A stretch of 64,000 bases of DNA from Escherichia coli. Lineage in GTDB: Bacteria; Pseudomonadota; Gammaproteobacteria; Enterobacterales; Enterobacteriaceae. The stretch lies in assembly GCF_013122565.1 (NCBI RefSeq), contig NZ_CP053258.1, one strand, 5' to 3'. Numbering within the stretch: position 1 is the stretch's first letter; the number at the start of each line of letters is the position of its first letter. The position numbers and the translations under genes are program-made. Below, in pieces: positions 55,192-64,000 of this stretch. The notes below the pieces were generated by a model. That model saw only the letters and a list, made by a program, of their open reading frames with translations. It was not told the DNA's origin and did no database searches.

Positions 55192-57827
55192 TGTTTTTCC
55201 TCACACTCTTTTCCTTGCGGACAGTCATTTCCCGGCAGACGTGCGTTCTGCTCCAACCATGCCTGGAGATTATCGCCAAAGCGTAAACTGCGCCACAGCG
55301 TAAAAATATTCTCTTCATGATGGTAATTAAGGTTTACCGTACCGCTTTTACCATCAACGCGACTGGTACCTGTAATGTTGGCCTGCATGGTTAATAAACC
55401 GAGATTATCTAAATTAATATTTGTCGATGAACGGCTAATTTCCATATAGCGCAACCAGTTAATTGCTGAACCCGCAGTCATATTGTCTTTCACCACCGCA
55501 TCTGCGGTGTCTTTATCCAGCCGCAAGGTCATTGGCCCGCTATTTGCCAGCCAACCATCTTTCACAATCCATTTTTCGTTGTTTAGCCATAACGGCAATG
55601 CACCACTAAATGCCCCGGACATGGCGAATTGTTTCGGATTGATGGCGCTAACCAGTTCGCTGGATGAGAGATTATTCAGCCGCAACAGCGCCGGGTCATG
55701 TTGCGGCATACGTAATTGTTTCATCAGCACGTTACCGCCTAACACATCGACGCTAACATCAGTCAACAGCAATGGTTCTTCTTCTGTCCACGGATAGCGC
55801 CCTTGCAAATCAGCCGTAATATTTTTCGCTGTCACCAGATTAATCACTTCGGCAATTCGCAACGTAACGGGGCCGCGAGTCCCCAGATGCCAGGCTCCAT
55901 CGGCAAAACGGAAAGGCAGGACAAAATCGACACCGTTAACCTGATTATCTGGCATCCAGGCACTACCGCCTTTCAACACGCCGTGCCCTCCCGCGCGGAA
56001 TCCTTGTTCAGGCGCAGCAGAAAATGCAACCTGAGCATACAGTTCACCATCGCGTAAGTTCATCTTCCAGTCGGGTGGCACCAGCGGCTGGAATACAGTC
56101 AGTGATTGTTTAGGCCACCAGGCGTTACCGCGCAGACGAATACCGTCCCAGCGACCATTTACCCGAACCGGGCCAATCTCACCAGCATGTAAATCGCCTT
56201 TAAAGAGGAAATAGGTAGGATCGCGCCCATCGACACTAAATTTTAAGGTTGATGGCGGTAACAGACTGCCGCCAGTGAACAGCGTTTGCCCGGCGTCCAG
56301 TGACAGCGCGCCGCTGAAGGAGGGATGCTGTGCGTCACGTACCCAGACGACGGGCTTGTCGAGAATTAGTCGCGGCTTTTCTACCGTCATCGTACCGTAT
56401 TGTAACTGGTCGAAACCGGTGGAGAGATCGGTCAGCGTAATCGTGCTGTCATGCCACTCACCTTTTCCTGCGACATCCCAGGTGGCATTCATCGGTGTAA
56501 AACTGCCTTTTCCCCAGTAGCGCCACTGCCAGCGGCCAGCGTCAGGGAGAAAATCATTCGCCAGCCCATCCATATGCAGCACGAAATCGCCCAGTTCATT
56601 TTCATGCGCCTGCAAGATGGCCTGCAAACGTCCGTCAACACCACGTTGGGTGACTTTTACACCCGCTAAAGGCCAGCGGATTTCATCGATGTCCAGCGAA
56701 TCGATGACTCTTCCCTTCGAACGTAATAACGCGCCTGGCTCAAAGGCTAACGTTGGGTCAGTCAGACTTCCACTTAGCTGCGCGGGTAAGCGGGCATATA
56801 AAATGAGGTCCGCCTGTTTCGCTTCACCGGTCAGCTGCAGAGGCAGCTGACTGTTATCCATGCTTAATTTTCCTGGGCCAAAATTAAGCACCGCGTTGCC
56901 CTTACCCGCTTGCCCCTGGGTCAGCACACTCAGTCGTCCGCTGACCACTGCGTTCTCGATACCTGCCTGCCAGTTGTCGACTTTGACACCCAGTCGTCCA
57001 CTCAAAGGAAAACCTACATACGGCCAGCTCCAGCGACCATCGCTTACCGTCAATTGTTGACGAGTAATTTGCCACGGCAAATCGAGCAACGGATCGCCGT
57101 TATCCCGTGCCAGCACAATCAATTGCCCGCTATTTTCCTGCCAGTCCAGCTCGGCATCCACCAGTGACGGTTCCTGCGGCAAGTTTAACGTCGCAGTAGC
57201 ATGCCCACTTACAGGAAGTCCATCCGGCACTAGCGGCATAGTAAATTCCCCCACCAGTTTTACCGGCGGCTGATTTTCAAACGCGGCGACATCCAGTTCG
57301 CTGACTGTAAGTTGTTGCCCTTTCAACTGGCCTTGAAATTTAACTTTTTCGCCCTGATAACGCAGTTGCTGGATATCAGAGGTTAATGCGAGAGAGAGTT
57401 TTCCCTGCCATTCCTGCCAAGGAGAAAAAATCAGTTTATCGATATTGATCCAGGTGTTAGGCAGCATGGACTGCCACTGCGCGAGGGTTTTTGGAGCGGC
57501 TGGCGATTGCTCCGTCTGCGGCAATTTCGCCAGACAAGCAGAATCAAGTTCTACCGTGCCGACGTTCAATAACCAGCGGCTGGGATGTGAAAGGCTGGCG
57601 TTGGTGATATGCGCAAGCTGACAATCTCCCACCAGATAACGGAGATCGGGAATGATTAAACCTTTACGCGTAATGCGTGGGCTTTCATCTAATGCAATAC
57701 GTGTCCCGAGCGGTAGCCAGATGCCCGCCAGCGTGGGAACCCACAGCCCGAGCGTCATCAGCAGCGTCAACGGCACAAGAATAATCAGTAATAACAGCGC
57801 GAGAACGGCTTTATATTTACCCAGCAT
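55188..57827 (-). CDS. ydbH: AsmA-like large envelope protein YdbH
   Basis: 879-aa ORF with an N-terminal membrane anchor (MLGKYKAVLALLLLIILVPLTLLMTLGLWV) followed by a long predicted periplasmic domain. Confidence 0.85.
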   Translation of the reverse strand: MLGKYKAVLALLLLIILVPLTLLMTLGLWVPTLAGIWLPLGTRIALDESPRITRKGLIIPDLRYLVGDCQLAHITNASLSHPSRWLLNVGTVELDSACLAKLPQTEQSPAAPKTLAQWQSMLPNTWINIDKLIFSPWQEWQGKLSLALTSDIQQLRYQGEKVKFQGQLKGQQLTVSELDVAAFENQPPVKLVGEFTMPLVPDGLPVSGHATATLNLPQEPSLVDAELDWQENSGQLIVLARDNGDPLLDLPWQITRQQLTVSDGRWSWPYVGFPLSGRLGVKVDNWQAGIENAVVSGRLSVLTQGQAGKGNAVLNFGPGKLSMDNSQLPLQLTGEAKQADLILYARLPAQLSGSLTDPTLAFEPGALLRSKGRVIDSLDIDEIRWPLAGVKVTQRGVDGRLQAILQAHENELGDFVLHMDGLANDFLPDAGRWQWRYWGKGSFTPMNATWDVAGKGEWHDSTITLTDLSTGFDQLQYGTMTVEKPRLILDKPVVWVRDAQHPSFSGALSLDAGQTLFTGGSLLPPSTLKFSVDGRDPTYFLFKGDLHAGEIGPVRVNGRWDGIRLRGNAWWPKQSLTVFQPLVPPDWKMNLRDGELYAQVAFSAAPEQGFRAGGHGVLKGGSAWMPDNQVNGVDFVLPFRFADGAWHLGTRGPVTLRIAEVINLVTAKNITADLQGRYPWTEEEPLLLTDVSVDVLGGNVLMKQLRMPQHDPALLRLNNLSSSELVSAINPKQFAMSGAFSGALPLWLNNEKWIVKDGWLANSGPMTLRLDKDTADAVVKDNMTAGSAINWLRYMEISRSSTNINLDNLGLLTMQANITGTSRVDGKSGTVNLNYHHEENIFTLWRSLRFGDNLQAWLEQNARLPGNDCPQGKECEEKQ

Positions 57828-58034
57828 GGGTAGTTAATATCCTGATTTAGCGAAAAATTAAGCATTCAATACGGGTATTGTGGCATGTTTAACCGTTCAG
57901 TTGAAGGTTGCGCCTACACTAAGCATAGTTGTTGATGAATTTTTCAATATCACCATGACTTTCAATTATATTTGAAATTTTGTAAAATATTTTTAGTAGC
58001 TTAAATGTGATTCAACATCACTGGAGAAAGTCTT

Positions 58035-59024
58035 ATGAAACTCGCCGTTTATAGCACAAAACAGTACGACAAGAAGTACCTGCAACAGGTGAACGAGTCC
58101 TTTGGCTTTGAGCTGGAATTTTTTGACTTTCTGCTGACGGAAAAAACCGCTAAAACTGCCAATGGCTGCGAAGCGGTATGTATTTTCGTAAACGATGACG
58201 GCAGCCGCCCGGTGCTGGAAGAGCTGAAAAAGCACGGCGTTAAATATATCGCCCTGCGCTGTGCCGGTTTCAATAACGTCGACCTTGACGCGGCAAAAGA
58301 ACTGGGGCTGAAAGTAGTCCGTGTTCCAGCCTATGATCCAGAAGCCGTTGCTGAACACGCCATCGGTATGATGATGACGCTGAACCGCCGTATTCACCGC
58401 GCGTATCAGCGTACCCGTGACGCTAACTTCTCTCTGGAAGGTCTGACCGGCTTTACTATGTATGGCAAAACGGCAGGCGTTATCGGTACCGGTAAAATCG
58501 GTGTGGCGATGCTGCGCATTCTGAAAGGTTTTGGTATGCGTCTGCTGGCGTTCGATCCGTATCCAAGTGCGGCGGCGCTGGAACTCGGTGTGGAGTATGT
58601 CGATCTGCCAACCCTGTTCTCTGAATCAGACGTTATCTCTCTGCACTGCCCACTGACACCGGAAAACTACCATCTGTTGAACGAAGCCGCCTTCGATCAG
58701 ATGAAAAATGGTGTGATGATCGTCAATACCAGTCGCGGTGCATTGATTGATTCTCAGGCGGCAATTGAAGCGCTGAAAAATCAGAAAATTGGTTCGTTGG
58801 GTATGGACGTGTATGAGAACGAACGCGATCTGTTCTTTGAAGATAAATCCAACGACGTAATTCAGGATGACGTATTCCGTCGCCTGTCTGCCTGCCACAA
58901 CGTGCTGTTTACCGGGCACCAGGCATTCCTGACAGCAGAAGCTCTGACCAGTATTTCTCAGACTACGCTGCAAAACTTAAGCAATCTGGAAAAAGGCGAA
59001 ACCTGCCCGAACGAACTGGTTTAA
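58035..59024 (+). CDS. ldhA: Fermentative D-lactate dehydrogenase (D-2-hydroxyacid dehydrogenase family)
   Basis: 329-aa ORF with the NAD-binding GXGXXG motif (GVIGTGKIGVA); divergent from ydbH. Confidence 0.9.
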   Translation: MKLAVYSTKQYDKKYLQQVNESFGFELEFFDFLLTEKTAKTANGCEAVCIFVNDDGSRPVLEELKKHGVKYIALRCAGFNNVDLDAAKELGLKVVRVPAYDPEAVAEHAIGMMMTLNRRIHRAYQRTRDANFSLEGLTGFTMYGKTAGVIGTGKIGVAMLRILKGFGMRLLAFDPYPSAAALELGVEYVDLPTLFSESDVISLHCPLTPENYHLLNEAAFDQMKNGVMIVNTSRGALIDSQAAIEALKNQKIGSLGMDVYENERDLFFEDKSNDVIQDDVFRRLSACHNVLFTGHQAFLTAEALTSISQTTLQNLSNLEKGETCPNELV

Positions 59025-59134
59025 TCTTGCCGCTCCCCTGCATTCCAGGGGAGCTTATTCAGATAATCCCCAAAGACCTTTCATCCTCTATTCTTAAAAT
59101 AGCCCTGAGTCAGAAACTGTAATTGAGAACCACA

Positions 59135-59557
59135 ATGAAGAAAGTAGCCGCGCTTGTTGCGCTCAGCCTGCTGATGGCGGGATGTGTAAGTAATGACAAA
59201 ATTGCTGTAACGCCAGAACAGTTACAGCATCATCGTTTTGTGCTGGAAAGCGTAAACGGTAAGCCCGTGACCAGCGATAAAAATCCGCCAGAAATCAGCT
59301 TTGGTGAAAAAATGATGATTTCCGGCAGCATGTGTAACCGCTTTAGCGGTGAAGGCAAACTGTCTAATGGTGAACTGACCGCCAAAGGGCTGGCCATGAC
59401 CCGTATGATGTGCGCTAACCCGCAGCTTAATGAACTCGATAACACCATTAGCGAAATGCTGAAAGAAGGTGCACAAGTGGATCTGACCGCGAACCAGTTA
59501 ACGCTGGCAACCGCGAAACAGACATTAACTTATAAGCTAGCGGATTTAATGAATTAA
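59135..59557 (+). CDS. hslJ: Heat-shock lipoprotein HslJ
   Basis: Internal start MKKVAALVALSLLMAGCVSN within ORF 59123..59557 (140 aa) with a lipobox (LMAGC). Confidence 0.85.
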   Translation: MKKVAALVALSLLMAGCVSNDKIAVTPEQLQHHRFVLESVNGKPVTSDKNPPEISFGEKMMISGSMCNRFSGEGKLSNGELTAKGLAMTRMMCANPQLNELDNTISEMLKEGAQVDLTANQLTLATAKQTLTYKLADLMN

Positions 59558-59820
59558 TAGCTGCCACAGCTTCCGGCGGCAAGTGACTGTTCGCTACAGC
59601 GTTTGCCGTTGGGTAATGCACACATCCCAATCGCCGTACCATCCAGTTGACGGGCAACAGAAAGCGAACCGCCGATCATTGCACAATTTGCTTCTCCACT
59701 ACTGGACATCGACGCTTTTAAACCTGGCGCTACGTGCGCCGCAGTCGCCTGCTGAACAGGTTCACTACTACACGCCGACAACAATAAAGCGGCACCCCCT
59801 ACCCAAAACGCTGCTCGCAT
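59554..59820 (-). CDS. ydbJ: Small lipoprotein YdbJ (DUF333)
   Basis: 88-aa ORF with a lipobox (LLLSACSSE); its stop overlaps the convergent hslJ stop. Confidence 0.75.
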   Translation of the reverse strand: MRAAFWVGGAALLLSACSSEPVQQATAAHVAPGLKASMSSSGEANCAMIGGSLSVARQLDGTAIGMCALPNGKRCSEQSLAAGSCGSY

Positions 59821-60093
59821 CTTTTCTTCCTCTGATCTTCAAGCCAAACGACACCGCCATAAATAATAGGCAGCACAGAGGGCGACGTCGAGAGCTGTCC
59901 TGCGCGTTGCCCCGCATTTTTACTTTTTTATGGCTATTTTTTTGCCCTCTGTTTGATCAAAACATTCATTACGCTGATGTGGGGGACACAAAAGCGAAAA
60001 TGCAGAAGAAAGCCATTTGCTAAAATTGAAAGATTACTACTGGGCGCGCAGCAATTTCGTGCGCCCCTCATTTGCGCAATGTAAGGGTGTCAT

Positions 60094-63000
60094 ATGATTA
60101 CTATTGACGGTAATGGCGCGGTTGCTTCGGTGGCGTTTCGCACCAGTGAAGTTATCGCCATCTACCCTATTACCCCCAGTTCCACGATGGCAGAACAGGC
60201 AGATGCCTGGGCCGGAAACGGCTTAAAGAACGTTTGGGGAGACACACCACGCGTGGTTGAAATGCAGTCGGAAGCGGGTGCTATCGCTACCGTGCATGGC
60301 GCTTTGCAGACGGGTGCCCTTTCAACATCGTTTACGTCATCGCAGGGTTTGCTGCTGATGATACCGACGCTGTACAAACTGGCAGGCGAACTCACACCGT
60401 TTGTCCTGCATGTAGCGGCACGTACCGTTGCCACACATGCACTCTCTATTTTTGGCGATCATTCCGACGTTATGGCGGTGCGCCAGACGGGTTGCGCGAT
60501 GTTGTGTGCAGCAAACGTCCAGGAAGCGCAAGACTTTGCTCTCATTTCGCAAATCGCGACGCTGAAAAGCCGCGTGCCATTTATTCATTTCTTTGATGGT
60601 TTCCGCACGTCCCACGAAATCAATAAAATTGTCCCGCTGGCCGATGACACGATTCTTGATCTCATGCCGCAGGCCGAAATTGATGCTCATCGCGCCCGGG
60701 CGCTCAACCCGGAACATCCGGTGATCCGCGGTACGTCCGCCAATCCTGACACTTATTTCCAGTCACGCGAAGCCACCAACCCATGGTACAACGCAGTCTA
60801 TGACCATGTTGAACAGGCGATGAATGATTTCGCTGCCGCGACAGGTCGTCAGTATCAGCCGTTTGAGTATTACGGGCATCCGCAAGCGGAACGGGTGATA
60901 ATCCTGATGGGCTCTGCCATTGGCACCTGTGAAGAAGTGGTTGATGAATTGCTAACCCGTGGCGAAAAAGTCGGCGTGCTGAAAGTTCGCCTGTACCGCC
61001 CCTTCTCCGCCAAACACTTGCTACAAGCTCTGCCGGGATCCGTACGCAGCGTGGCGGTACTGGACAGAACCAAAGAACCCGGTGCCCAGGCAGAACCGCT
61101 CTATCTGGATGTAATGACCGCACTGGCAGAAGCCTTTAATAATGGCGAGCGCGAAACTCTGCCCCGTGTCATTGGTGGGCGCTATGGTCTTTCATCCAAA
61201 GAATTTGGCCCGGACTGTGTACTGGCGGTATTTGCCGAGCTCAACGAGGCTAAACCGAAAGCACGCTTTACGGTTGGTATTTACGATGATGTAACCAATC
61301 TGTCACTACCGTTGCCGGAAAACACCCTGCCAAACTCGGCGAAACTTGAAGCCTTGTTTTATGGCCTTGGTAGTGATGGCAGCGTTTCCGCGACCAAAAA
61401 CAATATCAAGATTATCGGTAATTCCACGCCGTGGTACGCACAGGGCTATTTTGTTTACGACTCCAAAAAGGCGGGCGGCCTGACAGTTTCTCACCTTCGC
61501 GTGAGCGAACAGCCGATTCGTTCCGCTTATCTCATTTCCCAGGCTGATTTTGTTGGCTGCCACCAGTTGCAGTTTATCGATAAATATCAGATGGCTGAGC
61601 GTTTAAAACCTGGCGGCATTTTCCTGCTCAACACGCCATACAGCGCAGATGAAGTGTGGTCGCGCTTGCCGCAAGAAGTTCAGGCCGTGCTAAACCAGAA
61701 AAAAGCGCGCTTCTATGTGATTAACGCAGCGAAAATCGCCCGCGAATGTGGGCTGGCGGCCCGTATTAATACCGTCATGCAGATGGCTTTTTTCCATCTG
61801 ACGCAAATTCTGCCTGGCGATAGCGCCCTCGCAGAATTGCAGGGTGCGATTGCCAAAAGTTACAGTAGCAAAGGCCAGGATCTGGTGGAGCGCAACTGGC
61901 AGGCTCTGGCGCTGGCGCGTGAATCCGTAGAAGAAGTTCCGTTGCAGCCGGTTAATCCGCACAGCGCCAGTCGACCGCCTGTGGTTTCCGATGCCGCTCC
62001 TGATTTCGTGAAAACCGTAACCGCTGCGATGCTCGCCGGGCTTGGTGATGCCCTCCCCGTTTCGGCGCTGCCGCCAGACGGCACCTGGCCGATGGGCACC
62101 ACGCGCTGGGAAAAACGCAATATCGCCGAAGAGATCCCCATCTGGAAAGAGGAACTCTGTACCCAATGTAACCACTGCGTCGCTGCTTGCCCACACTCCG
62201 CTATTCGCGCAAAAGTGGTACCACCTGAAGCGATGGAAAACGCCCCTGCCAGCCTGCATTCGCTGGATGTGAAATCGCGTGATATGCGCGGGCAGAAATA
62301 TGTCTTGCAGGTGGCACCGGAAGATTGCACCGGTTGTAACCTGTGCGTCGAAGTTTGCCCGGCGAAAGACCGTCAGAATCCAGAGATTAAAGCCATCAAT
62401 ATGATGTCTCGCCTGGAACATGTCGAAGAAGAGAAAATCAATTACGATTTCTTCCTCAACCTGCCAGAAATCGACCGTAGCAAACTGGAACGTATTGATA
62501 TTCGTACATCGCAGCTGATTACACCGCTGTTTGAATATTCCGGTGCTTGTTCCGGTTGTGGCGAGACGCCGTATATTAAATTGCTGACTCAGCTCTATGG
62601 CGACCGGATGTTGATCGCTAACGCCACCGGCTGTTCTTCAATTTATGGCGGTAACCTGCCCTCCACACCGTATACTACCGATGCCAATGGTCGTGGACCG
62701 GCATGGGCGAACTCGCTGTTTGAAGATAACGCCGAATTTGGCCTGGGTTTCCGCCTGACGGTCGATCAACACCGTGTCCGGGTGCTGCGTCTGCTGGATC
62801 AATTTGCCGATAAAATCCCTGCGGAATTACTGACGGCGTTGAAATCAGACGCTACGCCAGAGGTTCGTCGAGAACAGGTCGCAGCTTTACGCCAGCAACT
62901 CAACGATGTTGCCGAAGCACATGAACTGCTGCGTGACGCAGATGCTCTGGTGGAAAAATCAATCTGGCTGATTGGTGGCGACGGCTGGGCTTACGATATC

Positions 63001-63618
63001 GGCTTTGGCGGTCTGGATCATGTATTGAGTTTGACGGAAAACGTCAACATTCTGGTGCTGGATACGCAATGCTATTCCAACACCGGTGGTCAGGCGTCGA
63101 AAGCGACACCGCTGGGTGCAGTAACTAAGTTCGGCGAGCACGGCAAACGTAAAGCGCGTAAAGATCTTGGCGTCAGTATGATGATGTACGGTCATGTTTA
63201 TGTGGCGCAGATTTCTCTCGGCGCGCAGCTGAACCAGACGGTGAAAGCGATTCAGGAAGCGGAAGCGTATCCGGGACCATCGCTTGTCATTGCTTATAGC
63301 CCGTGTGAAGAGCATGGTTACGATCTGGCTCTCAGCCACGACCAGATGCGCCAACTCACTGCTACCGGCTTCTGGCCGCTATATCGCTTCGATCCTCGTC
63401 GTGCCGATGAAGGCAAACTGCCGCTGGCGCTGGATTCACGCCCGCCGTCAGAAGCACTGGAAGAAACGTTACTTCATGAGCAGCGTTTCCGTCGTCTGAA
63501 TTCGCAGCAGCCAGAAGTGGCAGAACAGTTATGGAAAGATGCTGCAGCTGATTTGCAAAAACGCTATGACTTCCTGGCACAAATGGCCGGAAAAGCGGAA
63601 AAAAGCAACACCGATTAA
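60094..63618 (+). CDS. pfo: Pyruvate:flavodoxin/ferredoxin oxidoreductase (YdbK/Pfo, NifJ-like)
   Basis: 1174-aa ORF with two 4Fe-4S ferredoxin motifs (CTQCNHCVAACP and CTGCNLCVEVCP) and a thiamine-diphosphate-binding C-terminal domain (GGDGWAYDIGFGGLDH). Confidence 0.92.
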   Translation: MITIDGNGAVASVAFRTSEVIAIYPITPSSTMAEQADAWAGNGLKNVWGDTPRVVEMQSEAGAIATVHGALQTGALSTSFTSSQGLLLMIPTLYKLAGELTPFVLHVAARTVATHALSIFGDHSDVMAVRQTGCAMLCAANVQEAQDFALISQIATLKSRVPFIHFFDGFRTSHEINKIVPLADDTILDLMPQAEIDAHRARALNPEHPVIRGTSANPDTYFQSREATNPWYNAVYDHVEQAMNDFAAATGRQYQPFEYYGHPQAERVIILMGSAIGTCEEVVDELLTRGEKVGVLKVRLYRPFSAKHLLQALPGSVRSVAVLDRTKEPGAQAEPLYLDVMTALAEAFNNGERETLPRVIGGRYGLSSKEFGPDCVLAVFAELNEAKPKARFTVGIYDDVTNLSLPLPENTLPNSAKLEALFYGLGSDGSVSATKNNIKIIGNSTPWYAQGYFVYDSKKAGGLTVSHLRVSEQPIRSAYLISQADFVGCHQLQFIDKYQMAERLKPGGIFLLNTPYSADEVWSRLPQEVQAVLNQKKARFYVINAAKIARECGLAARINTVMQMAFFHLTQILPGDSALAELQGAIAKSYSSKGQDLVERNWQALALARESVEEVPLQPVNPHSASRPPVVSDAAPDFVKTVTAAMLAGLGDALPVSALPPDGTWPMGTTRWEKRNIAEEIPIWKEELCTQCNHCVAACPHSAIRAKVVPPEAMENAPASLHSLDVKSRDMRGQKYVLQVAPEDCTGCNLCVEVCPAKDRQNPEIKAINMMSRLEHVEEEKINYDFFLNLPEIDRSKLERIDIRTSQLITPLFEYSGACSGCGETPYIKLLTQLYGDRMLIANATGCSSIYGGNLPSTPYTTDANGRGPAWANSLFEDNAEFGLGFRLTVDQHRVRVLRLLDQFADKIPAELLTALKSDATPEVRREQVAALRQQLNDVAEAHELLRDADALVEKSIWLIGGDGWAYDIGFGGLDHVLSLTENVNILVLDTQCYSNTGGQASKATPLGAVTKFGEHGKRKARKDLGVSMMMYGHVYVAQISLGAQLNQTVKAIQEAEAYPGPSLVIAYSPCEEHGYDLALSHDQMRQLTATGFWPLYRFDPRRADEGKLPLALDSRPPSEALEETLLHEQRFRRLNSQQPEVAEQLWKDAAADLQKRYDFLAQMAGKAEKSNTD

Positions 63619-63646
63619 ATGCACTGGATAAGGATTATCCAATTCT

Positions 63647-63684
63647 AAAAAAAAGCCCGGACGACTGTTCGGGCTTGTCTTTTT
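63647..63684. terminator. Bidirectional Rho-independent terminator shared by pfo and micC
   Basis: GC-rich hairpin (gcccg ... cgggc, 63654..63676) flanked by A8 upstream and gtcttttt downstream, so a U-run follows on either strand. Confidence 0.7.
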
Positions 63685-63756
63685 ATATGTTAGAAAATCA
63701 GTGGCAATGCAATGGCCCAACAGAAAATAAAATCTGTGACAATAAAGGCATATAAC
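63648..63756 (-). ncRNA. micC: MicC small RNA (Hfq-dependent repressor of ompC/ompD)
   Basis: Reverse complement reads gttatatgcctttattgtcacagattttattttctgttgggccattgcattgccactgatttt...aagcccgaacagtcgtccgggctttttttt, matching MicC as I recall it; divergent from ompN. Confidence 0.7.
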
Positions 63757-63983
63757 CCGCGCAGAATAACGTATAGCAAATTAAAAGTATAATTTTTATT
63801 TTGTATGTATTATCTTCGATACATTCACCAGACTTATTATCATTTCAGAAGAATTATTTGATTAAGGTTTTACTTAAGGCGTAACAAATGATATTTATCG
63901 GCTAACTGAACTTCTCCTTTAGGATGTTTTCACTCCCCGAAATGGGGATAAAAGGCAAATAAAATAACTAAAGGATTTATTCA

Positions 63984-64000
63984 ATGAAAAGCAAAGTACT
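63984..64000 (+). CDS. ompN: Outer membrane porin OmpN, first 5 to 6 codons only (window ends)
   Basis: ATGAAAAGCAAAGTACT encodes MKSKV, the typical porin signal-peptide start, preceded by an aaggat Shine-Dalgarno; the call rests mostly on synteny. Confidence 0.45.

Overview
This window is a contiguous stretch of Escherichia coli chromosome running from yncE (partial, at the start) to the first codons of ompN (at the end), and I found no inserted island, prophage, integron or CRISPR array in it. Gene content and order match what I recall of the K-12 yncE-to-ompN region, in inverted orientation. Identification rests on reading the six-frame translations and, for the small genes and RNAs, translating or reverse-complementing the sequence by hand; no database search was run, so all K-12 comparisons are from memory. 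Where the ORF track gives a longer N-terminus than the protein length I recall, I trimmed to the internal start and say so. Three differences from my recollection of K-12 stand out: ydbA is an intact 2011-aa autotransporter ORF with a 30-bp tandem repeat near its 5' end; gapC is an intact 333-aa ORF; and ydbL sits about 400 bp from ydbA with no feaRB-tynA-paa cluster between them. The ydcO/ydcL gap also has no IS609 (insQ). The best candidates for an undescribed biological system are conserved but poorly characterised operons rather than anything newly acquired: above all ynbABCD (lipid-head-group-like enzymes), then ydbH-ynbE-ydbL, ydcJ and ydbD. The window also carries three small toxin loci (ortT, hicAB, hokB/mokB) and two sRNAs (rydC, micC).
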